Shown here: positions 50,415 to 59,501 of the stretch, piece by piece
Position numbering within the stretch: position 1 is the first letter of the stretch
How the letters are laid out: each line of letters starts with the position of its first letter
NCBI GenBank assembly: GCA_030430495.1
Contig: JAUIKM010000007.1
Coordinates: 51,776-115,775, forward strand
Origin: a bacterium
GTDB taxonomy: Bacteria; Bacteroidota; Ignavibacteria; Kapaibacteriales; UBA7675
Direction of reading: 5' to 3'
DNA: 64,000 nt
Translations under genes and position numbers: made by a program
The notes under the pieces: model-generated
Seen by the model: the letters and a program-made list of their open reading frames with translations, nothing else
Told to the model about the DNA's origin: nothing
Database searches by the model: none

Positions 50415-52712
50415 ATGTCGACCTCCGTTGAAAACGACATTAATAACTCCGCCGCGGGGCAGGTGCATATTCAGGCCCCGGTTGACGGAATGAGCTGCGC
50501 TTCCTGCGCCTCCGCCGTTGAAACCACTCTGCGCACGCAGTCTGCCGTGCGCACAGCCAATGTCAATTTTGCCGACCGCTCCGTCACGATTGATTTCGAC
50601 GCGGAGCAGACCTCCTTCGGCCGCCTGCAGGAGCTTGTTTCCGATGCAGGTTATACCCTTTTGTTACCCCCGGCTCCATCCGCTGAATCGACCGACGCAC
50701 AGCAGACGCGCGACGAGCGACGCCTGCGCGAGCTGCGTCGCAAAGTCTTCGTGTCCGCCGCATGTGCTGCTGTCGTGATGTTCCTGGCGACGTTCCTGCC
50801 GCATCTGGCCGAGAGTTTCGCGAGCCGCTGGTCCGGCGCGTTGGCCTGGGCGCAGCTGCTGCTCAGCCTGCCGGTGATGATTTACGGCGGCAGTGAATTT
50901 TTTGGGCGCGCTTTTCAACTGGCGCGTCGCTTTCACGCGAACATGGACACGCTTGTCGCGCTGGGCGCGGGCGCCGCCTGGCTGGCCGGCCTGCCCGCCG
51001 TTTTTGCGCCCGATTGGCTGCTGTCGATCGGCATTGCGCCGCATCTCTACTTTGAAGCCGCGGCGCTGATTATCGCCCTGGTTCTGCTCGGTCGGCTGCT
51101 CGAAGAACGCGCGCGCCATCGCGCCTCCGCCTCGCTTAAATCACTCATATCTCTTCGTCCCGACACGGCGCTGGTGCTCAGCGGCGGCGATTTTGTCGAG
51201 CGCAGCACCGCGGAAGTGTTACCCGGCGACGTTGTACGCGTGCGCGCCGGCGAACGCGTGCCCGTGGACGGCGAGCTGCTGGAAGGCAGCGCGCTGTTTG
51301 ACGAAAGCGCACTGACGGGCGAGTCCATGCCCGTCGAAAGAACGGCGGGACAACTTATTCCCTCCGGCGTTGTCAATCTGCAGTCGGCGTTGAAAATGCG
51401 CGCCACGCGCCTGGCCGCCGACAGCAGCATCGAACGCATCATCCGCATGGTGCGCGACGCTCAGGGCTCGAAACCGCCCGTTCAACGCCTGGCCGACCGC
51501 GTGGCTTCGATCTTTGTGCCGGCGGTTCTCGTCATCGCCATTCTGACCTTCGCCGCCTGGATGATCTTCGGCGGCACGGCGGTGCTCACCGACGCGATTG
51601 TCGCCGCCGTCTCCGTTCTGGTGATCGCCTGCCCCTGTGCGCTGGGCCTGGCGGTGCCGACCGCCGTCATGGTCTCCGTCGGGCGTGCCGCCGAACGCGG
51701 CATCCTCGTGCGCGACAGCGCCGCCCTGGAGATAGCCGGCAAGGTTCGCACGGTCGTGTTTGACAAAACCGGCACGCTGACTGTGGGCAAACCGGCGGTG
51801 CTGTCGGAAGAGTGGTTCGTCGCCGACGAAGAAGTTCCGCGCCTGAGAATGCTGACGGCCGCGGCGGAGCAACGCTCAACGCACCCGCTGGCGCAGGCGC
51901 TGAGCGAACATCTGCTCGCGGTAATCGACTCCGCCGCCACAGCGCCGGACGGCAGCGTCAACGAAGTGCGCGGCAGGGGACTGATCGCCGAGTTCGGCGA
52001 CATCAAACTCGTCGTCGGCAACCGCGCATTGATGGAAGATGAAAGCATCGCAATTGCAGATTCCGCGCGGCCTCGCATCGCCGAGCTGGAAACGGGCGGC
52101 TCCGGCAGCCTCGTTTTTGTTGGCTGCGACGGGCGTCTGGCGGCGATCTTCAGTCTGGGCGACGCCGTTCTGCCGGAAGCGCCCGATCTGATCAAATCGC
52201 TGCGGGAGCGCGGCGTTCTGCCCGTGCTGGCCAGCGGCGACACGCCCGGCGCGGTGCGCTCTCTGGCCGAAGCCGTCGGAATTGAAGAATACTATGCTCA
52301 GGTTTCGCCGGAAGGCAAGGCGGAGATTATCGAAGAACTGCGCCGCCGCACGGGAGCGCCCGTGCTCATGGTCGGCGACGGCATCAACGATGCGCCGGCT
52401 CTGGCCGCGGCGGACGTGGCCGCGGCGATCGGCGGCGGCACGGACGTGGCGGCGGAAACAGCGGCGATAACACTCAACAGCGGCGTGGCGGCCGTCGACC
52501 GTTTGTTTAATCTCTCACACGCAACAATGCGGACGATGCACCAGAATCTGTTCTGGGCGTTTATTTACAACGTCATCGGCATTCCGATTGCGGCGGGCGT
52601 GCTCTATCCGGCATTCGGCTTTTTGTTAAGTCCCATGATTGCGTCGGCGGCCATGGCCTTCAGTTCGGTGTCGGTGGTATTCAACAGCCTGCGGCTGCGC
52701 TCAAAGATTTAA
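50415..52712 (+). CDS. copA: copper-translocating P1B ATPase
   Basis: GMSCASC HMA domain, TGES, CPC, DKTGT, HP, GDGINDAP, YN/MAFSS. Confidence 0.92.
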   Translation: MSTSVENDINNSAAGQVHIQAPVDGMSCASCASAVETTLRTQSAVRTANVNFADRSVTIDFDAEQTSFGRLQELVSDAGYTLLLPPAPSAESTDAQQTRDERRLRELRRKVFVSAACAAVVMFLATFLPHLAESFASRWSGALAWAQLLLSLPVMIYGGSEFFGRAFQLARRFHANMDTLVALGAGAAWLAGLPAVFAPDWLLSIGIAPHLYFEAAALIIALVLLGRLLEERARHRASASLKSLISLRPDTALVLSGGDFVERSTAEVLPGDVVRVRAGERVPVDGELLEGSALFDESALTGESMPVERTAGQLIPSGVVNLQSALKMRATRLAADSSIERIIRMVRDAQGSKPPVQRLADRVASIFVPAVLVIAILTFAAWMIFGGTAVLTDAIVAAVSVLVIACPCALGLAVPTAVMVSVGRAAERGILVRDSAALEIAGKVRTVVFDKTGTLTVGKPAVLSEEWFVADEEVPRLRMLTAAAEQRSTHPLAQALSEHLLAVIDSAATAPDGSVNEVRGRGLIAEFGDIKLVVGNRALMEDESIAIADSARPRIAELETGGSGSLVFVGCDGRLAAIFSLGDAVLPEAPDLIKSLRERGVLPVLASGDTPGAVRSLAEAVGIEEYYAQVSPEGKAEIIEELRRRTGAPVLMVGDGINDAPALAAADVAAAIGGGTDVAAETAAITLNSGVAAVDRLFNLSHATMRTMHQNLFWAFIYNVIGIPIAAGVLYPAFGFLLSPMIASAAMAFSSVSVVFNSLRLRSKI

Positions 52713-52763
52713 ACCGCCTTTCGGGCGGCCGGTCAGCAACAATACTTGAATTCGGAGGTTACC

Positions 52764-53738
52764 ATGCTCGGACGACTGAATGCATACCAGAAGAGTGCGG
52801 TCATCACAGTTTTTGCCACGCTGTTTCTCATTCTGGTTGGCGGGCTGGTGCGCGCCGCGGGCGCGGGCCTGGGTTGTCCCGACTGGCCACACTGTTTTGG
52901 TTCGTGGATTCCGCCGTTTTCGGTGGAGGATCTGCCGCCCGAATTCGACGCTTCGCAGTTTAACGTTGTCAAGACCTGGATCGAATATGTTAACCGACTT
53001 GTCGGCGTTGCGATCGGTCTGCTGATAACGCTGACTTTCTGGCGGTCGTTTAAGTACCGTCGCTCACAACCTGCTGTGTTTCTTTCGTCGGCGGCGGCAT
53101 TTGTCCTGGTGCTTTTCCAGGGCTGGCTGGGCGGTCAGGTCGTCGCCAGTGAACTGGAGACCTGGCTGATAACGGCGCACATGCTTCTGGCGATGTTAAT
53201 TGTCAACCTGCTTGTCTACGCCGTGTACCGCGCAATGTCGGATGACTTCCGGCAGAACCTGCGGGCGGCGACGCGGCAACGCCTTTTGCTCCTGTTCGGC
53301 GGACTGCTTGGCTCGGCATTGGTTCAGATGGTGCTGGGCACGCAGGTACGCGAACAGATTGATCACATCACCAACACCACTCCGGACCTGCCGCGCGAGT
53401 TCTGGGTGCCTTCACTTGATGTTGTGTTTGAAATTCACCGCAGTTTTTCCTGGCTCATTTTGCTCGTCAGTTTGTACCTGGGGTGGTATGTTAAACAGCA
53501 TGTTTCATCGGCGTTGCTGCGTCGCTGCGGCTTTGGTGTGCTGACGCTGGTGCTGGCGCAGGTCGCGAGCGGAATCGGCATGCAGATGTTCAACATTCCG
53601 CCGGCATTCCAGGTTGTGCACCTTGTGCTGAGCGCGCTGATGGTCTGCCTGGCCTTTTTTGGCTGGTTGGTGGTTCGTCGCAGCTCGGATGTGGTTCTGG
53701 AGGGCGCTTCTCTCACTCCGGCTGCCGGCGGTTATTAA
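52764..53738 (+). CDS. ctaA: heme A synthase (COX15/CtaA family)
   Basis: GLGCPDWP.CFG, WIEY.NR, conserved His residues; GGAGG RBS. Confidence 0.88.
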   Translation: MLGRLNAYQKSAVITVFATLFLILVGGLVRAAGAGLGCPDWPHCFGSWIPPFSVEDLPPEFDASQFNVVKTWIEYVNRLVGVAIGLLITLTFWRSFKYRRSQPAVFLSSAAAFVLVLFQGWLGGQVVASELETWLITAHMLLAMLIVNLLVYAVYRAMSDDFRQNLRAATRQRLLLLFGGLLGSALVQMVLGTQVREQIDHITNTTPDLPREFWVPSLDVVFEIHRSFSWLILLVSLYLGWYVKQHVSSALLRRCGFGVLTLVLAQVASGIGMQMFNIPPAFQVVHLVLSALMVCLAFFGWLVVRRSSDVVLEGASLTPAAGGY

Positions 53739-54568
53739 CGCGATGCCGCGGCCGTTTGTTTAAATGTCGTTTTTGACTGAGCTGGAGAGCGCTTCGCCAT
53801 CTCACTGGTCGTTCGCCGGCTTGCGTTTCTTTTTGCTCGTCAACGGACTTGAAATTTCAGGCTGTGCGGTTTGCGGCTGGAAACATTCCAGCACAAAAAC
53901 TTCGCGTTTCTCATGCGGCGACAAACAGAAAAATCATAAGAGCCTGAGGGCGAACCGCAGGTGAGAACTCAAAGCGATCAGAGAAAAGTGGGAGAGTGCC
54001 GAACCGGCCGCGGAGCAACAAGCCACAGAGCGTGATTTCGACAACATGTGGAGTTGCGCGCCGCGAACAGTGCAATTGACGGTTGTTGTGCATGCCGCAA
54101 GGCCGCAGTTACGCCCCTGGTGCGGTGCTGATTAATTGTCCGTTTGACGGGAATTTTCAGCCGTTCAGTTGAAGGTAAAGGTCGTTCAGACGGAATATCA
54201 AAACATGCGAAAATTCTGTTCGGGGTCGGATGGAAAATCACTAAGTTAAAGTGCGGTTTTCCGGGCCCCACTGGGGCCCCCACCCCCTCCACCTCCTTGC
54301 CAACATTTTCCCGAATTTCCCAGCACGAAGCACGCCCAGCCTGCCCCGAATAAACGCGGTTTCCTGTCGAAAGTCTCGCGGTTTAACATTCAGTCCGGCC
54401 CGAATGTCTCCGCTGCGGCGCTGTCGCATCCCGGATGATACAACGCCCGCAACATGTTCAATTATCGCACAGCACACCAGCGGAAAAACGTCAACGTGCC
54501 GTTTTCACCGCTGAACGTAGCTGAAAATGTGCTTGAACGGGCGAAATCGGCTTACGAAACTGCGCCGT

Positions 54569-55417
54569 TCAGGCGAAACGAAACGCCAACGCCGTCCACT
54601 CCGATTCCGATGTGCGCTCCGTCAGCTCCAGGCCGTGTCCGGCCGCGTCGGCGATAATAATGTCGGCTTCTTCCGTCAGAATGCCCGACAGCAGGAGGGG
54701 ACCGCGCGAGCTGCGCAGCGATTCGACAAAATTGCCCAGACACTGGCGCAGCACGACCGTGTTCACGTTGGCCACTATGCCGTCGGCGGGCGGGAGCGGC
54801 GTCTGAATAAGGTCCGCCTTGTGAATGTCAATACGGCCGTCCATGCCGTTGGCCTCAATATTCTCGGCGGCGTTTTCCGTCGACCATTCGTCGAAGTCGA
54901 GCGCCAGCGCGTGTTCCGCGCCAAGCCGAAGCGCCAGAATAGCCAGCACGCCCGTGCCGGTGCCGGCGTCGATCCAGAACGTTCCCGGTTTGACGTGCCG
55001 TTCCAGCATCGCCGCAATCAGGCGGGTCGTTTCGTGATGACCTGTGCCGAAAGACATCTGCGGCGCGATAATGAGCGTGATTTCGGCGTCGCTTTGTGCG
55101 GCTTTCCAGGGCGGCGCGATGGTAATGCGGTCGGAGATGCGAACGGCGTCAATCGACTCTTCCCAGCGCGCGTTCCAGTTTTCTTCCTCAAGCTCCTCAA
55201 TGCGCGCTTCGCCGAACGGAATGTTCATGCCGCGCCAGTACGATTCTATGTCCGCAATCCAGTCTTTATCATACTGATCCTGATCAAAACTGACGACCAG
55301 CGCATTGTCCTCCTGGTTGATACCGAGGAAGGGATAAGGTACCAGCGCGGCGGCGGCGTTTTCGTGATGATCGGCGGGAATGTTCCAGCCGACCAGAATG
55401 AATCGTCTTTTTGTCAT
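54569..55417 (-). CDS. prmA: ribosomal protein L11 methyltransferase
   Basis: EENWN..W, P.MSFGTGHHETT, DAGTGTGVL, LSGIL. Confidence 0.92.
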   Translation of the reverse strand: MTKRRFILVGWNIPADHHENAAAALVPYPFLGINQEDNALVVSFDQDQYDKDWIADIESYWRGMNIPFGEARIEELEEENWNARWEESIDAVRISDRITIAPPWKAAQSDAEITLIIAPQMSFGTGHHETTRLIAAMLERHVKPGTFWIDAGTGTGVLAILALRLGAEHALALDFDEWSTENAAENIEANGMDGRIDIHKADLIQTPLPPADGIVANVNTVVLRQCLGNFVESLRSSRGPLLLSGILTEEADIIIADAAGHGLELTERTSESEWTALAFRFA

Positions 55418-55718
55418 TGTGCTGTTCCGCAAAAAAATTCGCAACACCAAAAATATTGTTCGCCCGTCGGAAGAGTGTATGTCAACAAATGCTCCGGCGG
55501 ATTGTACTGCATCGAAGAGGATGACAGGGACAATGAAGCATGGGCAGCCTGCGGCGACGCATCATTGCCAAAATAATTATCCGGCGTTTGGCCCGGAAAA
55601 ACAGAGCCACCGAAATCAGGCCGCCGCCGTTGGCCGGCAGACGTAGGTAAAACACTCGTCCTTTTGCGTTGACATTGAATTCTACACAGGTTTTGTAATT
55701 TAGGATCAGGGAGGTTTT

Positions 55719-56198
55719 ATGAGCAGCAATTCGAATGACAGGAACGACTCCTACTCGAAGGGATTTATATTCGGCGCGCTTGCGGGCGGCGCCGTCGGCG
55801 CTGTGGTAGCACTTCTGTTTGCGCCGAAAAGCGGTTCGGAGCTGCGCAGGGATATTGCCGACAAGTCCACGGAAGTATACAACGATGTATATTCCCGTGC
55901 ATCGGAAATGACCAACGACGGTCGCGATCGCATGGAGCGTTTTGTTAATGAAGGCAAACGCCGGGCGGACGACCTCGTTAAGTCGACGCGCGAGCAGGCC
56001 AGCCATCTCCTGTACGAAGCCGAAGGACTGATCGGCGAGGCGCGCGTTCGCGTCAACACCGCGCAGGAAGAAATCAAAACCAGCCTGAACAAGGTGCGCG
56101 ACGCCGCCGGCGAAGCACGCGAAACGTTCAAGCGCGAAATGACCAAAGAGGAAAACGCCAACTCCAAACCGGCGGAGATTAAACCGGACAACGCTTAA
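55719..56198 (+). CDS. YtxH-domain protein
   Basis: GF..GAL.GGAVGA..ALLFAPKSG.ELR. Confidence 0.88.
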   Translation: MSSNSNDRNDSYSKGFIFGALAGGAVGAVVALLFAPKSGSELRRDIADKSTEVYNDVYSRASEMTNDGRDRMERFVNEGKRRADDLVKSTREQASHLLYEAEGLIGEARVRVNTAQEEIKTSLNKVRDAAGEARETFKREMTKEENANSKPAEIKPDNA

Positions 56199-56235
56199 TC
56201 ATCGGCCGCTCGGCCGCCAAGGCAGGTAATAGCAC

Positions 56236-56724
56236 GTGCATGAATTTCTCGAAGTAACTCTGTATGTCATGGCCATCCTGGCCATGTTTACATTTGCTGT
56301 ACTTTGTCTCTATCTCGTACTGAAACTCGGGCCGCTGGTGCGCCAGATACAAAGCAGTCTGGCGCGTACACAGGAAACGCTGGAAATCGTCGGTGAAAAG
56401 GTTGAGCCGACCGTGCGCTACATGTCCGAACTCAAACGCGAACTCGTTCCGATTCTGCGCAACATGCAGGAAACGACCAAAACGTCGATTTCCATCTCGC
56501 ATAAAGTCGACACACAGCTGGGCAAAACCGGCGAAATCGTCGATGAAATTGCCGGAATCGCCGAGCGCGTCAGCAACCTTGAGCGCGACTTTGAAGATCG
56601 CATCGTCGAGCCGATCCGCCAGATCGGTACGGTGGTGACGAGTACAAGCCGGGCAGTCAAAACCTTCGCCAACGTCATGGCGGGGGACCAGTCGGAGCCG
56701 CCGCGCAACGGCATACACAAGTGA
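56236..56724 (+). CDS. DUF948-like membrane-anchored coiled-coil protein
   Basis: N-terminal TM plus helical repeats, next to ytxH. Confidence 0.6.
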   Translation: MHEFLEVTLYVMAILAMFTFAVLCLYLVLKLGPLVRQIQSSLARTQETLEIVGEKVEPTVRYMSELKRELVPILRNMQETTKTSISISHKVDTQLGKTGEIVDEIAGIAERVSNLERDFEDRIVEPIRQIGTVVTSTSRAVKTFANVMAGDQSEPPRNGIHK

Positions 56725-56785
56725 GCCGCAGTCGCTGAATGACTCCCGCTGGACCCGTGGGTTGTTAAAGTCAGTGAACAAAACT

Positions 56786-56819
56786 AAAAGCCGCAGTCGA
56801 GCAATCGATTGCGGCTTTT
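56786..56819. terminator. bidirectional terminator
   Basis: AAAAGCCGCAGTCGA-gcaa-TCGATTGCGGCTTTT between convergent genes. Confidence 0.8.
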
Positions 56820-56870
56820 GTGTTTTCTGCCGTGGCGCAGGTTGATCGGCGGTGTGCCGGATTCGCGTAT

Positions 56871-57749
56871 CTAACGGCGTGCGATTACCACTGCGCGACT
56901 GACGCTCAGGTCAAAGACCTGAACCGCGCCGTCGTCTTTTGTGCGTTTCAGCACAAAGGCGATCAACTCGTCGGCGTCGAGCGCGTCGACCAGGCCGGAG
57001 TCCCGATGGAGTTTGTAGCGGCCGTTCATTTCCAGTTTGACGTCCTGCGGCGGAGAATCCTTGAACATCATCGCCATAAACCCTTCGCCCAGTTTCAGGT
57101 CGACATTTTCAGCGGCATAAACCACGCCGGTCTCATCGTAACTGTACACCATGTCGTAGTCGACAATAATATTAACCAGTCCGGCATCGACCGGTTCGTT
57201 GACATGCGTCTGCCACGAGCCGCCAGGCGCGACGTCCTGCTCGGGGTAGGGGAAGAAGAGATATTGGTCGAGCCCACCGACGATTGCCGCCAGTGCTTTG
57301 GCATCCGGACCCAACCGCGCCGGGTTGTCAAACTTGTCCCGCAACACCGTGTCCACAAAAGTGTAGCTGATGCAATGACCCTGTTCGTTTAAACAAAAGT
57401 CAATTTCCGTGCCTTTGAGCGAGGGCAAGGCGTAGGTCGTATCTACAGCGCCGCCTTGTTGGCTGTCCGTTTTCATCTTGCCGTCGACGACGATGTTGTT
57501 TAAAGTCACGCGCATTGTGCGGCAGTCTTTGTCCACGCCGGTATTTTCAACCTGCATATCGATCGCGTAATCAATGTCCGCGGCAAACTGCTCGACGCCG
57601 CTTTCATCTTTGCCCTGAATGACGACATTGATGTTTGCCTTGTAGTTTGCCGTTCCGTCGAGGACGACTTCAAAAGGGAGGTCGGCGGCATGGGCGCATA
57701 CAACCGTCAGAAAGGCGATTAAACTCACAGGCACTGAAGACAAATTCAT
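56871..57749 (-). CDS. secreted hypothetical protein
   Basis: Signal peptide (AHA-AD), YPEQ.V.PG.SW motif. Confidence 0.65.
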   Translation of the reverse strand: MNLSSVPVSLIAFLTVVCAHAADLPFEVVLDGTANYKANINVVIQGKDESGVEQFAADIDYAIDMQVENTGVDKDCRTMRVTLNNIVVDGKMKTDSQQGGAVDTTYALPSLKGTEIDFCLNEQGHCISYTFVDTVLRDKFDNPARLGPDAKALAAIVGGLDQYLFFPYPEQDVAPGGSWQTHVNEPVDAGLVNIIVDYDMVYSYDETGVVYAAENVDLKLGEGFMAMMFKDSPPQDVKLEMNGRYKLHRDSGLVDALDADELIAFVLKRTKDDGAVQVFDLSVSRAVVIARR

Positions 57750-58169
57750 GTTAACATCCTTTTGGTTCTTGCCGTCGAGGCGCTTGATATGACAGGTAGT
57801 TATCGTTGTTGCCGGACTGCCAGTCTGTTCTCAATGGAAATGCGGGCATTCGTGAACTTCACGCCATCCACCAGCATGAGTTGAGAATCTTCGACGGCTA
57901 CCGCAAAATGATTCTCCTCGTCGAACTGCACCGTCGTCGGCAGTTCCTGCGCCCAAATGGACTGCCGGCCGATTATTAACCACAGCAGCAGCACCGGCAA
58001 ACAGCATGTCATTCTTTGCACTGTTGTCCTCGTTTCCGTTCAATTCCGATCCACCCAATTTACTGATTTTATTGAGATTAGGACGCTTTCAGAGTGCTCA
58101 GGGCGGGGGGAGGTTCAATTGTTGGCGCGGTCGGCGCACAAAAAAAATATCTACTCCCTTATTTTTCGC

Positions 58170-58201
58170 TTGACTTGCGCTTGTCTACTGACTTATATTT
58201 G
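58170..58201 (+). promoter_or_regulatory. candidate promoter of the Y-RNA array/rsr operon
   Basis: TTGACT-18 nt-TATATTTG, fitting both a -35/-10 spacing and the TAnnTTTG element. Confidence 0.45.
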
Positions 58202-58419
58202 CATCGTTGATTTGACGCGGGGCGCATTGCCTGATAAATTCCTCTTGAATTTTCTTGTTAGTCCCGCAGTAAAAAGTCAACAGTTTTTAAGTCGGTCGCT
58301 CATTCGGCGAGTTAACAACAGGTGCGCCGGCGTCCGGTACGAAAATTTGCATGTCTCTTAAAACAGGGGAGGCTATACGATGATTCATTTTGATGTTCAG
58401 CCGCAATAATTGCAATACC

Positions 58420-58519
58420 GGCGTCCGGCGCGGATAATGGTTACTTCGCATGGAGCAACGGACTACCTAATCCGTCCCGAGGTTCGATTCCTCATACCAT
58501 TCCAAATTTTACCGACGCC
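58420..58519 (+). ncRNA. Y-RNA-like gene 1 (anticodon-arm plus T-arm insert)
   Basis: GGCGTC(C)GG/CCGACGCC bulged-C helix, AATGGT/ACCATT helix, TACTTCG, GAGG-TTCGATT-CCTC T-arm. Confidence 0.8.
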
Positions 58520-58557
58520 TTTGTTTAAGCGCGGCTGATTGCTCAACAGCGACAATT

Positions 58558-58684
58558 TGCACCCGGCGCTGAAAACGGTTACTTCGACTGTCACTCGATG
58601 TGGGTTCGACTCCCACCCGGAGCGGGGTTTCCCGCCCGGCGGCTCGTCCGGCAGAGCCGACTCCGTTTTCCATTTTCCGGTGCA
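58558..58684 (+). ncRNA. Y-RNA-like gene 2, YrlA-type tRNA mimic
   Basis: TGCACC(C)GG/CCGGTGCA, GAAAACGG/CCGTTTTC, TACTTCG, T-arm GTGGG-TTCGACT-CCCAC, closed acceptor-like stem, D-arm GGCTC..GG..GAGCC. Confidence 0.88.
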
Positions 58685-58691
58685 GCGTTAT

Positions 58692-58809
58692 TTGCGTCCG
58701 GCGTTCGAGGTCGGTTACTTCGAACCCGGGCCCCATCGGGATCTTTTGCAGGTCCGGATGGGGCCCGTGGCAAGATCACCAAATGACTGCCTTACATTTC
58801 CCGACGCAA
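58692..58809 (+). ncRNA. Y-RNA-like gene 3 (long-hairpin insert)
   Basis: TTGCGTC(C)GG/CCGACGCAA, CGGTTA/TGACTG, TACTTCG, CGGGCCCCATC/GATGGGGCCCG. Confidence 0.8.
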
Positions 58810-59028
58810 TGTATTGTTGCCGCGCAGCAGAAAAACGCCCAACGAAAAGAACAGAACCGCAGTCACACTGACTTAAACTGTTCAGTCCGCATACAAACCG
58901 CACAGGTCTTGCATCCGACCGTCAATGCGTCGGCATCTGCGCTCAAAACTGCACGTGCCGCCTGACAACCTGCATTAACATGTTGATTGAATGCGGCCAG
59001 GTCCTGTCTGTTTGCCGCATCAGTCAAT

Positions 59029-59151
59029 GTTGCGTCCGGCGTCTGGAGACAGCTACTTCGAACTGAGGCCCTTGCGCGGCTCTGCGAGCCGCGCATGTTG
59101 GTAAGTTTCTGGATTGATACAATCCGCTGTTTTCGCCTTTTCCGGCGCAAC
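59029..59151 (+). ncRNA. Y-RNA-like gene 4 (two-hairpin insert)
   Basis: GTTGCGTC(C)GG/CCGGCGCAAC, GAGACAGC/GCTGTTTT, TACTTCG, TGCGCGGCTC/GAGCCGCGCA, GGATTG/CAATCC. Confidence 0.8.
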
Positions 59152-59222
59152 TTTTTGCCAGGTTGACATTGGCGTTCAGCGATGTTGAATTCACGTTGAA
59201 CTCGATGCGCGATCCCAGGACT

Positions 59223-59325
59223 CAACGCCCGGCGATTGAAATGGATACTTCGGTATAGAGCACCGGACTGTTCCGGCGGGACGTCGTTCCCATTCGCATG
59301 CCATTTCTACTTTTTTCCGGCGTTG
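59223..59325 (+). ncRNA. Y-RNA-like gene 5 (tRNA-fragment insert)
   Basis: CAACGCC(C)GG/CCGGCGTTG, GAAATGG/CCATTTC, TACTTCG, TAGAGCA-CCGGA-ctgt-TCCGG. Confidence 0.8.
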
Positions 59326-59366
59326 TTTGATTCCGCTGATACAGAAGATTGTATTGCATCGACTTT

Positions 59367-59501
59367 GTTAAACACATCCGGCGCAGATGACGGATACTTC
59401 GACTACGTCCACGTGGGTTCGAATCCCACTCGCCGCAGCCCCGTCTGCAGCGATGCTTTTGGTGAAGCAGAAACCGTTGTTGTTTTTCCGATGTGTTTAA
59501 C
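59367..59501 (+). ncRNA. Y-RNA-like gene 6, YrlA-type tRNA mimic
   Basis: GTTAAACACATC(C)GG/CCGATGTGTTTAAC, GATGACGG/CCGTTGTT, TACTTCG, T-arm GTGGG-TTCGAAT-CCCAC, closed acceptor-like stem, D-arm TGCTT-TTGGTG-AAGCA. Confidence 0.88.

Noticed and set aside
53740-54560. About 800-bp gap between ctaA and prmA
   Set aside because: No convincing ORF, repeat or RNA motif found by eye
57800-58021. 73-aa signal-peptide ORF, possibly a truncated paralogue of the downstream secreted protein
   Set aside because: Too short and similarity too weak to support without a search
58420-59501. Calling the GGTTCGAxTCC-containing segments tRNA genes
   Set aside because: No complete cloverleaf: arm order is permuted (units 2 and 6) or the acceptor and D arms are missing (units 1 and 5), and there is no CCA-type end
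58420-59501. Calling the repeated units a CRISPR array
   Set aside because: Conservation is structural with compensatory changes, spacing is irregular, and the neighbour is TROVE rather than cas
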